From Phaeosaccion multiseriatum (Eukaryota; Protista; Ochrophyta, other classes), in NCBI GenBank assembly GCA_965112735.1, contig OZ218956.1, positions 1,736,001-1,800,000 of the forward strand: DNA of 64,000 bases, written 5' to 3'. A program made the position numbers and the translations under genes. Within the stretch, counting starts at the first letter, position 1. Every line of letters begins with the position of its first letter. This document shows, piece by piece, positions 25,459 to 38,400 of this stretch. Under the pieces are notes generated by a model that was given only the letters and a program-made list of their open reading frames with translations, had not been told where the DNA came from and made no database searches.

Positions 25459-27969
25459 AGGGCGACCTCAGAGCAAGCGGTGTTGGGGAGGACAGGGAAT
25501 TGAAATGAGAAATGGAAAGGAGGAGCAGTTGATTGATTTCAGTTTCCGTTTCAGTTTCTTGGCCCTCCGCTACAACCTACGCACAACTACTCCACTTTAC
25601 ACACACAGCGTGGTGAAGAGGGGGTGCCGCAGCAGGAGCGGCAGGAGCGATGCAGTCGATAGTGTAGAGCCTCCTTCGCAGCAGGGAGACTTGCTGAGGA
25701 GGGGGCGGAGCTTGGAAGGGTATGAAACGCATCTTCAACGAGCGGGGCCGAGAGGTGAGAATAGAATGTGATGGGAAAAGGGGAGAGGGGGGGGAAGGGG
25801 AGAAGAGACTGCGACGGGAAGGGGAGAGGTTGGGGCTTCCTCCGCTTGTGTGCCCTCGCTCTCTATATCTGCTGCTGCTGCGTTCTCGGCGGAAATGCTT
25901 GCTTGCCCTTTCTCCGCTGACGTGCTGATGTCCGTCTCATCTCCGCTCTCTTTCTCCGCCCCCCAGGCCGTGTCCGCTTCACATGTTCATAAAAAGGCGA
26001 ATAGAGAAATCGGTAATGTACCAGGAGACGATGTCTGCGTAGGGAAGGAGGGGCGGACGGATGAAGGGGCCTTTCTGGGCTTGATCGACTTCCACGGGCA
26101 GGGGCGAGAGAGGAAGCAGCAGCGGAAGGAGCTAACGCGTGTGGGCCTGGGGAGCGGGAGTGTTTTGTTGGGTGGGCGTCCCTTCTCACGAGCGTCGTCA
26201 CCACATCGCCTACACACAGCCACTACCCTCCGCCGCCAACACTCGCCTTCACACTACTGCCCACGTATAAGCAATCCGAGATGACTCTGTATATACACCA
26301 CAACCACACCACCCGCTAGTCGAGAGTGCTCTTCCGCCGCAGCGAGCCCTTAGTAAGTAAGGTGGGAGCATGTTTGGGCGTCCTTTGGGTTGTCTTTTGC
26401 CCGTCGTCTTTCTGCCTTGGTGTTTGCCCCGCCCGCCCCGTGTTCTGTTCCGCTCAGTCCGAACGAGCCGCCCGAGAGAGGAGCCCGTCACATACAGCCA
26501 GCCACCCCAGCCTACAAGAGGCGGGAGTCCTGCATCCCCGGCCGCCTCTCCTGCCGTTTCGCCTTTTCGCAACGTGTTCCCTCTCTCCCTTCTCCACGAC
26601 CACATCAGCAGCACGCGCCGCCGTCAGCCTCGCCTTCCCTTCTATCTTGCTGCTAGTTTCGTCTTCCTTCTTCTTCGCATGGACAGGGGAGAGGTTTGGT
26701 TTTGTCTTTCGCCCGGTCCCTTTCCCTGCCGTCTTGTTTGTGCGTTGTGCCACCCCCCCCCCCTCCTCCTCTTCTGGTCTCCCCGTCCTCCTCCAGTTGC
26801 CGCCTGCTTCGCTTCCGCCCGACTTGTCCACGGCACTGCGAACAACACCGCACCGCACCTCACCGCACCTTGGGGCTTCCCCAAGCATCACTCGGCACTT
26901 TGGATACCTGGCTCCTCTGCACTTTGTCCGCTCGCCCGCCCGCACGCACGCACGCACGACGCCCCCCCTCGCTTGGTCTCTTTGTTCCTGTCTGCCCAGC
27001 ACGCCTGTCCATCTGTGTCGATCCATCCGTGTCGCAGTTCAGTTGCCCACCACCACGACCAATCAGCCAGTCAACGCATCACGGCACTTGTTGCATCTGC
27101 GAAGGACTTACCATGCTCCGGAGCAAAGGCAAGAAACTTGTTACCTGTTGTCGTACATTCTTCGGTTTTTTTGGGGGCTTTCGGGAGGAGCAGGCGCCTT
27201 GTTTGTGTGTCTGTTGTGGTGTTGCTTGTTTTTGTTTGGTCTCCCCATCAGCGAGCACAGTGTCCATTCGGAAGAGAAGAGAAGCAAATCAATCGAACGA
27301 AGCAGCGCGGAGCGTAAGTGCGCGTGGGGTACGTAGGTGTCTTTTTTCATTCAAACCTGTTGCGGTTGCGGCGAGGTTAGATTAGAATTCATCGAGGGTA
27401 TTCGTTCTGACGTGAGGGAGGAAGGGAGGAAGGGAGGCATTTCAGCGGATCATCTGCGGGGGCCGACGCAAGGTCTGGCATTTTTCTTCTTCTGTTGGAC
27501 GTCTGTTTTGACTCGTATTTTCAGTAGGTACAAGGTATTTCAGCGGCGGACAGGGTCCTTCTGCGGGACGAAGTGCAGCAGCAACAGAGTAAGTCAGAGA
27601 GAGGAGGGGAAGGAAGTGAAGCGGCAACAGTGGGGGTCAGAGGAGGGGCTGTCGTCGTCGACCGTGAGCGTGGGATATCTGTGTTTTGGGTGGGGTCCAC
27701 TTCGAGTCTTTGGTAAAAGCTATGTTTGCAGCTGGAGTGGGCTTGGAGGCATGAGGTCATTCGTCGGAGTGGAGTCGAGTGGAGTGGAATGGAGTCTTCC
27801 GGAGGTGCAGGTCGGGTGGATTGGATTTGTGCTTCTCTGCCAAAGGGGTGCTCCAAAGTTTAAGTGCATGTTTTTGGTGGGGGGTTGGCCCGAAGGAGAG
27901 GGCGGTGTTGCTTGCTTCTCGCTTGCTCGTTCCTTGCTTGGATGCCGCATGCGTGAACGACTTTCTCAG

Positions 27970-28159
27970 AACAATGCATCATATCAAGTCTTTTGATCCA
28001 AGAGCGGAGCTGAAGGGAGTGCGGTACCAAGAGGCAAGGTCAAGGGTTGAAATGAGGAGGAGGAGGAGGCTGGGAGGCGATAGGGGGCTGGGCTGGGGTA
28101 GGGCACCGACGGGGTGGGAGAGGACAAGGGCATTCCGTTGCTTGCTTGCTTGCTTGCTC

Positions 28160-28190
<31 letters not shown>

Positions 28191-29490
28191 CGCTCGCGTA
28201 GTTCTCTCAGAGCGAATGACCTTCTCAAGTTAACATCAAGGGCACACGCCAGCGATGGGGGATGGAGAAGTGCGGTACGAGGAAGCAAGGTCAGGGAGGA
28301 GGCTGGGGGGTAGAGGAGGGGTGGGAGGAGAGAAGGCCACTGGCTTTGCTCGCTTGCTTGCTTGCATGCTCGCGTATTCTCTCAGAGCGAAATGATCATC
28401 TCAAGTGACATCAAGGGCACACGCCAGCGATGGGGGATGGAGAAGTGCGGTACGAGGAAGCAAGGTCAAGGAGGAGGCTGGGGGGTAGAGGAGGGGTATG
28501 ACCAAGGTCGGGATGGGAGGAGAGAAGCGCAGTCGCTTTGCTTGCTTGCTTGCTTGCTTGCTTGCTGGCTCGTTTGCTCGCGTATTCGCTCAGAGCAAAC
28601 CATCTCAAGTTTCAAGGGTATGCAGCAGCGATGGAGGGCTGGAAGTGCGGTACGAAGAGTCAACTGGGGTGGGGGGCAGGGTCGGGCTGGGAGCAAGGCC
28701 GGTGTGGGAAAGGAGAAGGGCAGTCTGTGCCTAGTGCTTGCTTGCTTGCTTGCTTCCTGCAATGGATCTTCGCGTTGTTTTCTGCAGAGCGACACCCGAA
28801 GAGGCACAGCCCAGCCACGACAGAGGCAGCCCAGCCACGACAGAGGCAGCCCAGCCACGACAGCAGCCGCGACAGCATCAACTTATTTCCAGGACGGACC
28901 GACACCCGAAGAGGCAGCCCAGCCACGACAGCAGCCGCGACAGCATCAACTTATTTCCAGGACGGACCGACACCCGAAGAGGCACAGCCCAGCCACGACA
29001 GCAGCCGCGACAGCATCAACTTATTTCCAGGACGGACCACGGAGCTTTATTTCCAGGACGGACCACGGAGCTTATGGAAGAGACCAAAAAAGACCAGGTG
29101 CAAGGCTTTTCTTCTGTTTTTGGGGCGGTTTGTTTTTACAGCTGTAGCAATTGGTGATACAACAGCAGCAGCGGTAGCCGCAGCAGCATTTGCGTTATCG
29201 TAAGAGAGGATTTTGGTCGGAGTCGGAGTCTGAATCTTTCTTGCCTGAGGCGGTTGGGGATTGTTTGCGCAGCGAGGAGGGGAGCAACGTGGACTGTGCG
29301 GGGCGAGGAGAGGGGCGGCTATGTTTGGGGGGCGAGGACGGGGGGGCAGCGGTGGAGCTACTCAAGTACGCGGCGTCAGTAGTAGCGTCTTCCATTGGCT
29401 TGTTGCTTTTGCTTGCTCGCTCTTTGCTTGCTTGCTTGCTTGCTTGCTTTCCGTGTGCGTGCCGTTGCATTGTGTACACGGGCAGAGTAA
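27970..29490 (+). other. Putative spliced orphan transcript (lncRNA or young ORF) made of tandemly duplicated exon-intron modules
   Basis: Related exon-like blocks at 27970-28023, 28211-28274, 28386-28449 and 28594-28649, then 28788 onward. Each is preceded by a (CTTG)n-type tract and a CAG acceptor, and the first four end in AGTGCG|GTAC. Confidence 0.55.
28791..29073 (+). repeat. Nested tandem repeat (3 copies of a ~68-70 bp core with internal 20 bp and terminal partial duplications)
   Basis: GACACCCGAAGAGGC(AC)AGCCCAGCCACGACAG...CAGCCGCGACAGCATCAACTTATTTCCAGGACGGACC recurs at 28791, ~28901 and ~28969. Confidence 0.9.
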
Positions 29491-29685
29491 AGCATCAAGA
29501 CGCAGTGGACACCTGTGGACGTCGATCCAAGGACCTTCGAACTATTATTCAAGGAGCTAGGAACTGGTGTTTTTCAACACCACCCATAAGAAAGAGATTT
29601 GCAAATCCAAGTACTCTCTTCAAAAAGAGATCAAGTCAGTCAGTTAGTGAGTCAGTTCAGTCGATTAAGTCAGTTCGTCCGTCCG

Positions 29686-30792
29686 TCAGTCCCGCGTGGG
29701 TCCAAGGCGCTGAATGGCCACTTCGCTCTTCTCAAGGCCCATGGGGTAATTGGCGTTGTTCAAGCCAAGCACCTGATGGAAGGATGGAAGGATGGAAGCA
29801 CATGGGATGGATGGATTGGGCGGTCGTGCAACAGCAACAGTAATTCGTTTCCATTAAAGTTCGCCCAGGCAGGTAGACCCCCTTGCCCTGACCCTGATCC
29901 ATCCCTGACCCTGATCTCAACCCTACGCCCCCTGAGACTCTGGGCCTGGGCACTGACCCTGATCCTACAACCGTGACCATCACTATGACCCTGACCCTAT
30001 AACCGTGACCATCACTATGACCCTGACCCTATAACCGTGACCATCACATCTCATGACCCTGACCCTGAAGTGAAACTCGCACTGAGACCTGAGGCCTGAG
30101 CCTGACCCTGACCCTGAGACACGCACTGACCTTTGGGCCATGCACAAAGACTCTTTCAAAGGCTTGCCGGGTAAAGCCTCGCCGCACCGGACAGCCGTAA
30201 GACCTCTCTCCGTCCTGGGAGGAATGGCAGGGGATGGCAGTGGATGGCAGGGGATGGCGGCGGATGACAGGCACAAAGGTCCCGGGGGGGGGGGGGGGTG
30301 AGGGGTGGGGTGCGGTAGGGTGGAGATCAAAAGCGTTACGTCCTTCCTCCCCCCACCCCCACACACACCCTACGATCTGACTGATATGTGTCTCCCCCTT
30401 TCCCTTCTCTCTGCCCCCTCTCCCAGTCCGCCCCTCCCCCCCACCCGACCCCCCTCCTACCCACCCACCCTACCCGCCCGCCCACTTCACCCCTCCACAC
30501 CCACCCACCTACTACCCCATCCATCCATCCACCCACCAGCGCACCCACCCCTCCCCACCCACCCTCCCGTACCACCACCCCCTCCCTCGACCGTTACCAT
30601 GGCGAAGAAGTCCACAAGCTTGTGCAGCTTCCCGAGGCTGAGCGGCATAGGGCCCTGCAGAAAGCAGCCTTCCAGCACGAGGCCACAGAGGGAGGAGAGG
30701 TCGCCCAACTCGGGAGGGATGGTGCCGTGGAAATCATTGTAGCCCAGATTCAGCACATGCAGCTGAGACAGCTTGCCCAGGCTTGGGGGCAG

Positions 30793-30888
<96 letters not shown>

Positions 30889-31938
30889 GTGTGTGTGTGT
30901 GTGTGATAGGGGGGGGGGAAGAGAGAGGGAGGGAGAAAGGGAGGGAAGGGAGAGGGGGCGGGGGTGGGGGGGGGAGGAAGAGAGGGGGAGGAAGAGAGGG
31001 AGAGGGAGAGAGACATAGTTTAAGCACAAAAGACGTGGCAACAGATCCCGTCACCACAGAGACACAGAGCCAACACCACCTCCCTCGCTCCCCTCCCCTC
31101 CCTCCCTCCGTCCACCCCTCTCTCCCTCCCTCCCTTCATCCTTCCCTACTTTCCTCCCTCCGTCCCTCTCTCCTTCCCTCCCCCCTCCCTCTCTCTCCCT
31201 CCCCCCCCACCCCTCCCTCTCTCTCTCCCTCCCCCCCACCCCTCCCTCTCCCTCTCCCTCCCTCCCTCCCTCCCTCCCTCCCTCCACCCCTCTCTCCCTC
31301 CCTCCCTTCGTCCTTCCCTACTTTCCTCCCTCCGTCCCTCTCTCCTTCCCTCCCCCCTCCCTCTCTCTCTCCCTCCCCCCCACCCCTCCCTCCCTCTCCC
31401 TCTCCCTCCCTCCCTCCCTCCCTCCCTCCCTCCCTCCCTCCCTCCCCCCTCTCCTACCTTGCCGCTCATGCAGTTGTGGTGAGCCTGCAACACCTCCAGA
31501 CACTTGGCCTGGCCAATGTCCTCGGGTAGCGGCCCGGAGAGCCCATTGTGATTCACTCGAAAGCAACGCAGCGCCTTACAGCCAGCGACCCAAGGGGGGA
31601 ATGGCCCGGACAAGCGATTCTCAGAGAGATCGAAGATGCGAAGGGCCGTAAGGCGACAGAAGAAGTAGGGGATCTCACCCTCCAAGTTGTTGCCCCGTAG
31701 CCCCAACTCACGCAGGTTGGTCAAGTTCCCGAGGTCTCTTGGAACGGAGCCTGTGTGGGTTGTGGTTGTGGTTCGTGATTGGACTCGGACAGCCGGATGG
31801 ATTGTAGGCATTGCTTTGATTGTGATGTGATGATGGCAGTACACGGCCACGCTCTGGGAGGGAAGATCACAATCTAATTGCGCCCTCCCCCCCCCCTCTT
31901 CTCCTCTCTCAATTCCCCCCATCTCCATCTCTCTCGGC

Positions 31939-31990
<52 letters not shown>

Positions 31991-32244
31991 GTCTGTGTGT
32001 GTGTGTATATATGTGTGTGTGTGTTTGTGTATGCACGTTGTCCCGCCTCAGGAGCGCCTTCACTCCCTTGCCGGGGCAAACCTCCCCCATGAACTGCCAC
32101 TGAAACTGCTCGCATACACACACACACACACACACACACCACTTCCTGGGCCGGCTCAACCGCGGCGCAGGACCAGCACTCCCTCTCCCCGACCACCAAG
32201 AGGGGGAGTAACCGGCCTCTCGCGGCCCCGGAGACGCAGAGACA

Positions 32245-32289
<45 letters not shown>

Positions 32290-34034
32290 TCAGTTTCTTA
32301 GGTGGCTCCTATTAAGATAATAACTAAACACACACCACTTGCACACACTCACCATGCAGCCCGTTCTGGGTGAGATTGAGCTTGACCAGCGAAGTACACG
32401 AGCCCAGCTCAGGCGGAATCATCCCCTCGAGTCTGTTGTGGGACAGCTCCAGCACTGCAGCCAGGCAAGAGAGCGGCACAAGCAGGAGGAGCGGTTTCCT
32501 CAGAACACTTGTTACAAGCTGCTCCGCCGAGCTAAGTGTGTACATGAACGGAGCCGAAATCAACTGAAAGTGTTGGGAGACTATAATATACTATTTCGCT
32601 CTGTGTGTTGGGCCCATATGGACCCCCAACTACGCCAATGCCCGGCTTGCTCGCTTGGTTGCTTGCTCGCTCGCTCACCCTTGAGATTACTGAGGGCTCC
32701 AAGGGAGGGTGGTAGACTGCCGCTGAGCTGCGAGGCAGAGATGTTGAGTACCTCCAACTGGGGCAGCAGAGAGAGGCAAGACGGGAGAGGGCCGTGCAGG
32801 TTCGGGTTGTGGGCCAGACTCAGCACCACTAGGTTGGGGAACGCCTGAAGAGGGAGAGAGGGAGGGGAGGGAGGGAGGGAGGGAGGGAGGGAGGGAGGGA
32901 GGGAGGGAGGGAGGGAGGGAGGGAGGGAGGGAGGGAGGGAGGGAGGGAGGGAGGGAGGGAGGGAGGGAGGGAGGGAGGGAGGGAGGGAGGGAGGGAGGGA
33001 GGGAGGGAGGGAGGGAGGGAGGGAGGGAGGGAGGGAGGGAGGGAGGGAGGGAGGGAGGGAGGGAGGGAGGGAGGGAGGGAGGGAGGGAGGGAGGGGAGTG
33101 GTTTGGTTCACATCTCGACAGGAGCAGGAGAGAAGGGGAAAGAAACGGATAATAGGGCGTACGCACAACACAAAGACAAATGAGCGACTTGATTCTCTGA
33201 CACACAACTATCCCCCAAGCAGAGGTTAAAGCGGCCCCAAAGAAACACACTACTAACGCGCACCGCACCGAGAGCCAGTCTTGGCCAATGACTCCCTCCA
33301 AGTTGTTTCGATCCAGCCGCAGCTCCGCCACCGCTCCCTTGAGGGCGTTGGCATCCACACCGTGCCAGTAGAAGGGGTTGGTGGCGAAGGCCGCGATGCT
33401 CCTCTTGTTAAGGGTGCTGTCCCTGCCAGTCCAGCCCCGCCTGTGCGTCCAGCGGGCTCCGCCCATGTCGGCATAGAGTTGCTCCAGGGCCTCGAGCTCT
33501 CGGGGGGGGGGCAGCGGTGGCCGTCTGAATTCCAATCCGGTCGCCGCCTTGTGTGAATGAATGAATGAGTGAGTGAGTGAGTGAGTGAGTGAGTGAGTGA
33601 GTGAGTGAGTGAGTGAGTGAGTGAGTGAGTGAGTGAGTGAGTGAGTGAGTGAGTGAGTGAGTGAGTGAGTGAGTGAGTGAGTGAGTGAGTGAGTGAGTGA
33701 GTGAGTGAGTGAGTGAGTGAGTGAGTGAGTGAGTGAGTGAGTGAGTGAGTGAGTGAGGGGGGGTCAGGGGGTGCTATTCCATGCATTTCGAATACTTCTT
33801 GGTCGTTGTTGAGCTTGGGCTCTTTCTCCCCCTTTCTTATCGTCTGTCTCTTTCCTCCAAATTGGGGGCACCACCTGAAGTACCTGGTAGAGCGTTTCTA
33901 AAGCCCCCAGCTCCGTCTGTAAGGCTCGCCATCGCTCGTGGGTCTCGCGGGTGTCCTCGCGACCTTCTCTCTTAGCTTCACGTTCCGCCTTGGCAGACAG
34001 AGTGTGTGTGTATGGAGGGGAGAGAAAGAGAGAA

Positions 34035-34102
<68 letters not shown>

Positions 34103-34249
34103 GGGGGAGACGAGAGAAAATAAGAGGGGCGGAGGGGGGGGGGAGGGGGGGAGAGGAGAGGAGAGAGTGGAAGGACATGATAATGGCATTGGGAGAGAGA
34201 GAGAGAGAGAGAGAGAGAGTGTGTGTGTGAGAGAGAGAGAGAGAGAGAA

Positions 34250-34286
<37 letters not shown>

Positions 34287-34461
34287 GAGGGAGAGAGGGA
34301 GAGAGGGAGAGAGAAGAGAGAGAGAGTGAGGAGAGAAGAGGGGGGGGGCGGAAAAGTGGCGTCCCCTCTTATCGCACCTGAATCACGAGCAGGGTTCCTT
34401 CGATCTCCTCACAGATGGCCACGCTGTCAGCGGAATGGTTCTTGATTAAGTTGGCAGACAT
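29686..34461 (-). CDS. Leucine-rich repeat protein (plant-type LRRs with N-cap), 9 exons, no transmembrane or kinase domain seen
   Basis: Exons approx. 34461-34378, 33988-33884, 33547-33270, 32844-32679, 32454-32352, 31750-31458, 30792-30598, 30213-30130 and 29772-29686. N-cap ELEALEQLYADMGGARWTHRRGW...WHGV. Repeats of LxxLxLxxNxLxGxIPxxLG, e.g. LRELGLRGNNLEGEIP and LHVLNLGYNDFHGTIPPELG. Confidence 0.88.
29885..30117. repeat. Degenerate (CCCTGA)n telomere-like repeat with a 32 bp duplication, in the last LRR intron
   Basis: Many ACCCTG/ACCCTA units. AACCGTGACCATCACTATGACCCTGACCCTAT at 29969-30000 and 30001-30032 plus a partial third copy. Confidence 0.75.
32869..33093. repeat. Perfect (GGGA)n microsatellite in LRR intron
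   Basis: About 225 bp of uninterrupted GGGA directly next to an acceptor (reads (TCCC)n on the sense strand). Confidence 0.95.
33566..33757. repeat. Perfect (GAGT)n microsatellite in LRR intron
   Basis: About 190 bp of uninterrupted GAGT. Confidence 0.95.
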
Positions 34462-35486
34462 TTGGCAGAAGGCAAGGCCGAAGGAGAAGCGCGGCCCAAC
34501 TGTTTGGGTGGAGGCATACGGTTTCGTTGTCTTCTTCGGATTAGTTTGCGTGTCAAATTCATGCTCCTCATGCCGTCAGAATGAGCTGAGTGGGTGATTT
34601 GGTTTGTTGTTGGCTTGAAAGTAGAGAGTCCTGGTGCAACACCCATATCAGCAACCACAGCATTACAGCAACAATATCATCAGCAGAGGACTAGAGGAAG
34701 AGCGCATTGTAGAGAGTAGGGCCATATCTCGGAGTATCACTTACCGGCGAGAAAAAGAAATCTACAAGAGACAAGAGTGGACCGTATCAGCGGAGAGCCG
34801 GAGAAGAACAGCGAGTCCCTCAGGTACGAAGGGGATATGGGTAGATCAGAGAGAGGGTCTCTGTCTATCGTGCCTCGCAGGCTCTTCTTGGACGGTGCAG
34901 CGAACATCCGGGAGAAATAAGGGGCAAGGAACAGAGGAGGTTTGGGGTCAATGCAGCGAAGGGGCTGACTGCAAAGGTTAAAGAGGGGCGTGGTACTTTG
35001 GGTGGGGTGGGTGCGGGGGTTAGAAGCACACGAGTGACTGCTGTGCTGCTGCTTCTGCTCGTCGTTTTAGGTGTAGAGAAGGAAGGCGGGAAGACTGGGG
35101 CCTTGTGGGGGGGGTAGGTGGCGAGGGGGGGGGGCAAAGGGGTGATTTTTTCCGCCCTGTGTCTCGATTCAGTGGCGGTACCTCTATTCCTGTGTGGCTA
35201 GGCTCACCTCTCTCATGCCTTTATTCCATCTTGTCGGCCACGTATGCCCCCCACACTCACTTCCACCCCCCCCCCCTCCCCTCTTCTGCTACCGCTGTAC
35301 CTCCGTTCTCTACGTGTGTCAACGTACTCTTTCTTCCTCAGTGTTGCTGTAGTAGCGCTCTCTTGCCAGTGTGCGGCGTCTTACATCTGCAAGCGGCTAA
35401 GGCCACCCCGCGACAGCGGGCCGTACCATCTGCAGGGGTACTGTAGTGTTAGTTTCAAAGGGACTGGGCACGAGAGCAGTAGGAGC

Positions 35487-38400
35487 ATGAAGAGGGCAAC
35501 CACCCTAGTGGTGGCAGTCACTGGAGCGGCATCAATAGGGTATCTCGGTACACCGTGCAGTGCTTTCCTCCAACCCGCCGGACTGGGTTTGGGCGGGGTA
35601 GAGCTAACCACCGCAGGGGCGCGCTGGGGAGGGGATGAGACCAGCAACAGGAGCAGTGGCAGCAACAGGACGGGGCGAAGACATGGTACTTTCAACAAGA
35701 GACGCAGCAGCAGCAGCATCATGAGCACGGCAGCAAAGGCCAGCTCCCCTGCCGGGTGAGTGAGTGGAGGTGGAGGTAGCGTGAGGGGCGGGGAGTACTG
35801 TACCGTCCATGTACTTGCGTGAGTAACGTGCGTGTAGGGTAAGGGTGTGTGTGGTTTGTGTGTGGAGGGAGGAGGGAAGGGGAGAAGGAGGGAGGAAAGG
35901 GCCCGTCGGTTGGATGTCGTAATGTGTCCTGGAGAAGGAAGGGGGGCGAGGTATGAAGATGACGCCTTTCATGGGGGTGGACTTTACGAGGGGCTCTCGG
36001 TTTGTCTGTGCCTCCCTTCTCCAGGGACGCACACAGCTTGCGTAGTGCGAGCAAGCAGGGCATCCTGCTTTTGCCTTGGTCCCCCTTGCTCCCACTTGCT
36101 CCTCATCCCCGATTCCCATGTTCCCACTACTACTACTACTACTCCTACTACTACCTCCTCCTCTTCTCCTCTACCTTCCCCTGGCATGGTGTCTGAAACA
36201 TCTCAACACACACAGAGGAGTGAGCCTGTCTGCCAACCCCCCCCTGGACGTCAAGCCCGGATACACCATCTTCGAGACCATCCCCCGCGAGACGGCAACG
36301 GTGGGCAAGATTGAGGGCGTGCAGGTGCTGGACGCCTCCTCGCCGCTGCCCTTCAATGTCGACCCCTTTGAGTTGGTAAGTAGAGGAGAGAGTCGAGTTA
36401 GCCTTCATCCCTTCCATACCTTTCCGCCCCCCTCCTCTCCTTCGCTTCTCTTGTACCGTTTCTCTCTTCCTTCCCCGTCATCCCCTGCTTCCCTCAATCC
36501 CTCAAGTCTCACCCCCCCCACCCCTCCCCTCCCCCGCTCCTCTCTCTTTCTATCTTCTCTCTTCTTCCCCATCACATCAGGTGAAGAACGACATCATCCC
36601 GTTCAAGGAGACAATCAAGGAGCTTGTGGACACCGATCACCCCGTGCTCAACGCAGCGGCCAAGCACTTCTTCGAGAAGAGGCACGGCAAGCGTTTCAGA
36701 CCCACCATCGTGTCCCTCATGTGTGAGTAGTCCTTCCGTGGTACCTCTTTCTTCCGTGGTACCTCCTTGTCCATATCCCCCCTCCTCTCTCTCTACGTCT
36801 CTCTCTCCGTCTCTTTCTCAACCTCTCTCCCCGTCTCTCTCCGTTTATATTTGTCCTGGCTTGCGCACCCAAACTCCCTCCTCCTGCCGCCCTTCTTTCT
36901 TCTGCTGTCGTGTTCTCGCCATCCTTTTCTCCCTCTTCATCACACACTCACACGCACACACGCACACTCGCACATGTACCCAATACACCTCCCTCTACAA
37001 AAACCAAATTCACTCCATACATACAATACACCCGCAGCCCGCGCCGTGTCAGACCTGCCGGTGGAGGAACTCCGCACGACACCCGGCTACCAGCGTCAGA
37101 TGCAGCTCGGCACCATCACGGAGATGATCCATGTGGCATCTCTCATCCACGATGACGTGCTCGACGAGGCCGAGACGCGAAGAGGTGGCCTGGCCGTGCA
37201 CAAGCTCTACAGCAACAAGGTACGTACGTCGGTATGGGTGGGTGGGTGGGTGCTTGGGTGGGTGGGTCGCTGGGTGGCTGTGGGTAGGAGGGTGGGAGGG
37301 GGGGTGGGAGGGTGGGAGGGAGGGTGGGAGGGTGGGCGGGAGGGAGGGAGCGTGGGTGGAGGGCGGGAGGGTGGGAGGGCGGGAGGGTGGGAGGGCGGGA
37401 GGGCGGGTGGGTGGGAGTTGTATGCGGAATCGAATCGGCCGAATCTGGGATGAATGAATGAATGGACTTGAAATTACCCCTTACCCTACCCCTCGACCCT
37501 CCACTTCCATGTGTACAACTGCCTCATCTCTCATGTCTCTCAATCTCGGTCTGTACTCTTGTTGGGTGGTGATAACAAAGATGCACCCACCCAGCACAAC
37601 GTATATAACACAAAATGATAACCCTCCCCTCCCCTCTCTAACAGGTTGCTGTGCTAGCGGGAGACTACCTACTGGCCCGTGCCTCTGTGCTGCTGGCCAG
37701 GCTAGGCAATGTGGAGGTGGTGGAGATTATGGCAACAGCGTTGGACAGTCTCGTGCAGGGGGAGATCATGCAGCTCAAGAGCAAGACAGAGGAGCTCCTC
37801 GATATGGTGAGTGAGGGAGGGAGAGAGTGGAAGATGGGTGGGTGTATGGGGAGGAAGGGAGAGGGAGGGAGGGAGAGAGGAAGGGAGGGAGAGGGAGGGA
37901 GAGGGAGGAAGGGAGGGAGAGGGAGGAAGGGAGGGAGAGGGAGGACGGGAGGGAGAGGGAGGAAGGGAGGGAGAGAGGGAGGGAGGCAGGGAGGCAGGGA
38001 GGGCAAGGAGGCAGGGCAAGGAGGCAGGGCAAGGAGGCAAGCTTCACTTCAACTCCACTCCCACACTAACCTACCCCACCCTACTTCCACCACCCTCTCC
38101 ACCCATGCGTCATGACCCATAGGATTACTACATCCGCAAGAGCTACTACAAGACGGCCTCTCTCATCTGCAACGCGTGCAAGAGCGCTGCCCTACTGGCC
38201 GGACACGAGTTCGACTCGGACGTCGCCAAGGCTGCGGAGGAGTACGGATACCACATGGGGCTGGCTTTCCAGATTGTCGATGACATTTTGGACATCACCG
38301 GGGCGGCCTCATGTGAGTGGAGAGGAGAGTGAGGTGGAGAGGAGAGGAGACGGACGGAGAGTCTGTGGTCTCTCTGTGGACCCTTTCTTCTTCTCTGTGC

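Noticed and set aside
26249-27385. Overlapping 200-336 aa ORFs on both strands
   Set aside because: Low-complexity, stop-poor GC/pyrimidine-rich sequence with no protein motifs. More likely UTR, intron or non-coding exons.
28024-28787. snoRNA host-gene model for the repeated introns
   Set aside because: No C box (RTGATGA)/D box pairs or H/ACA hairpin layout are visible in the spacers.
28791-29073. Possible CRISPR or tRNA-like array
   Set aside because: Nested direct tandem duplications with no spacer diversity and no cloverleaf or A/B-box seen.
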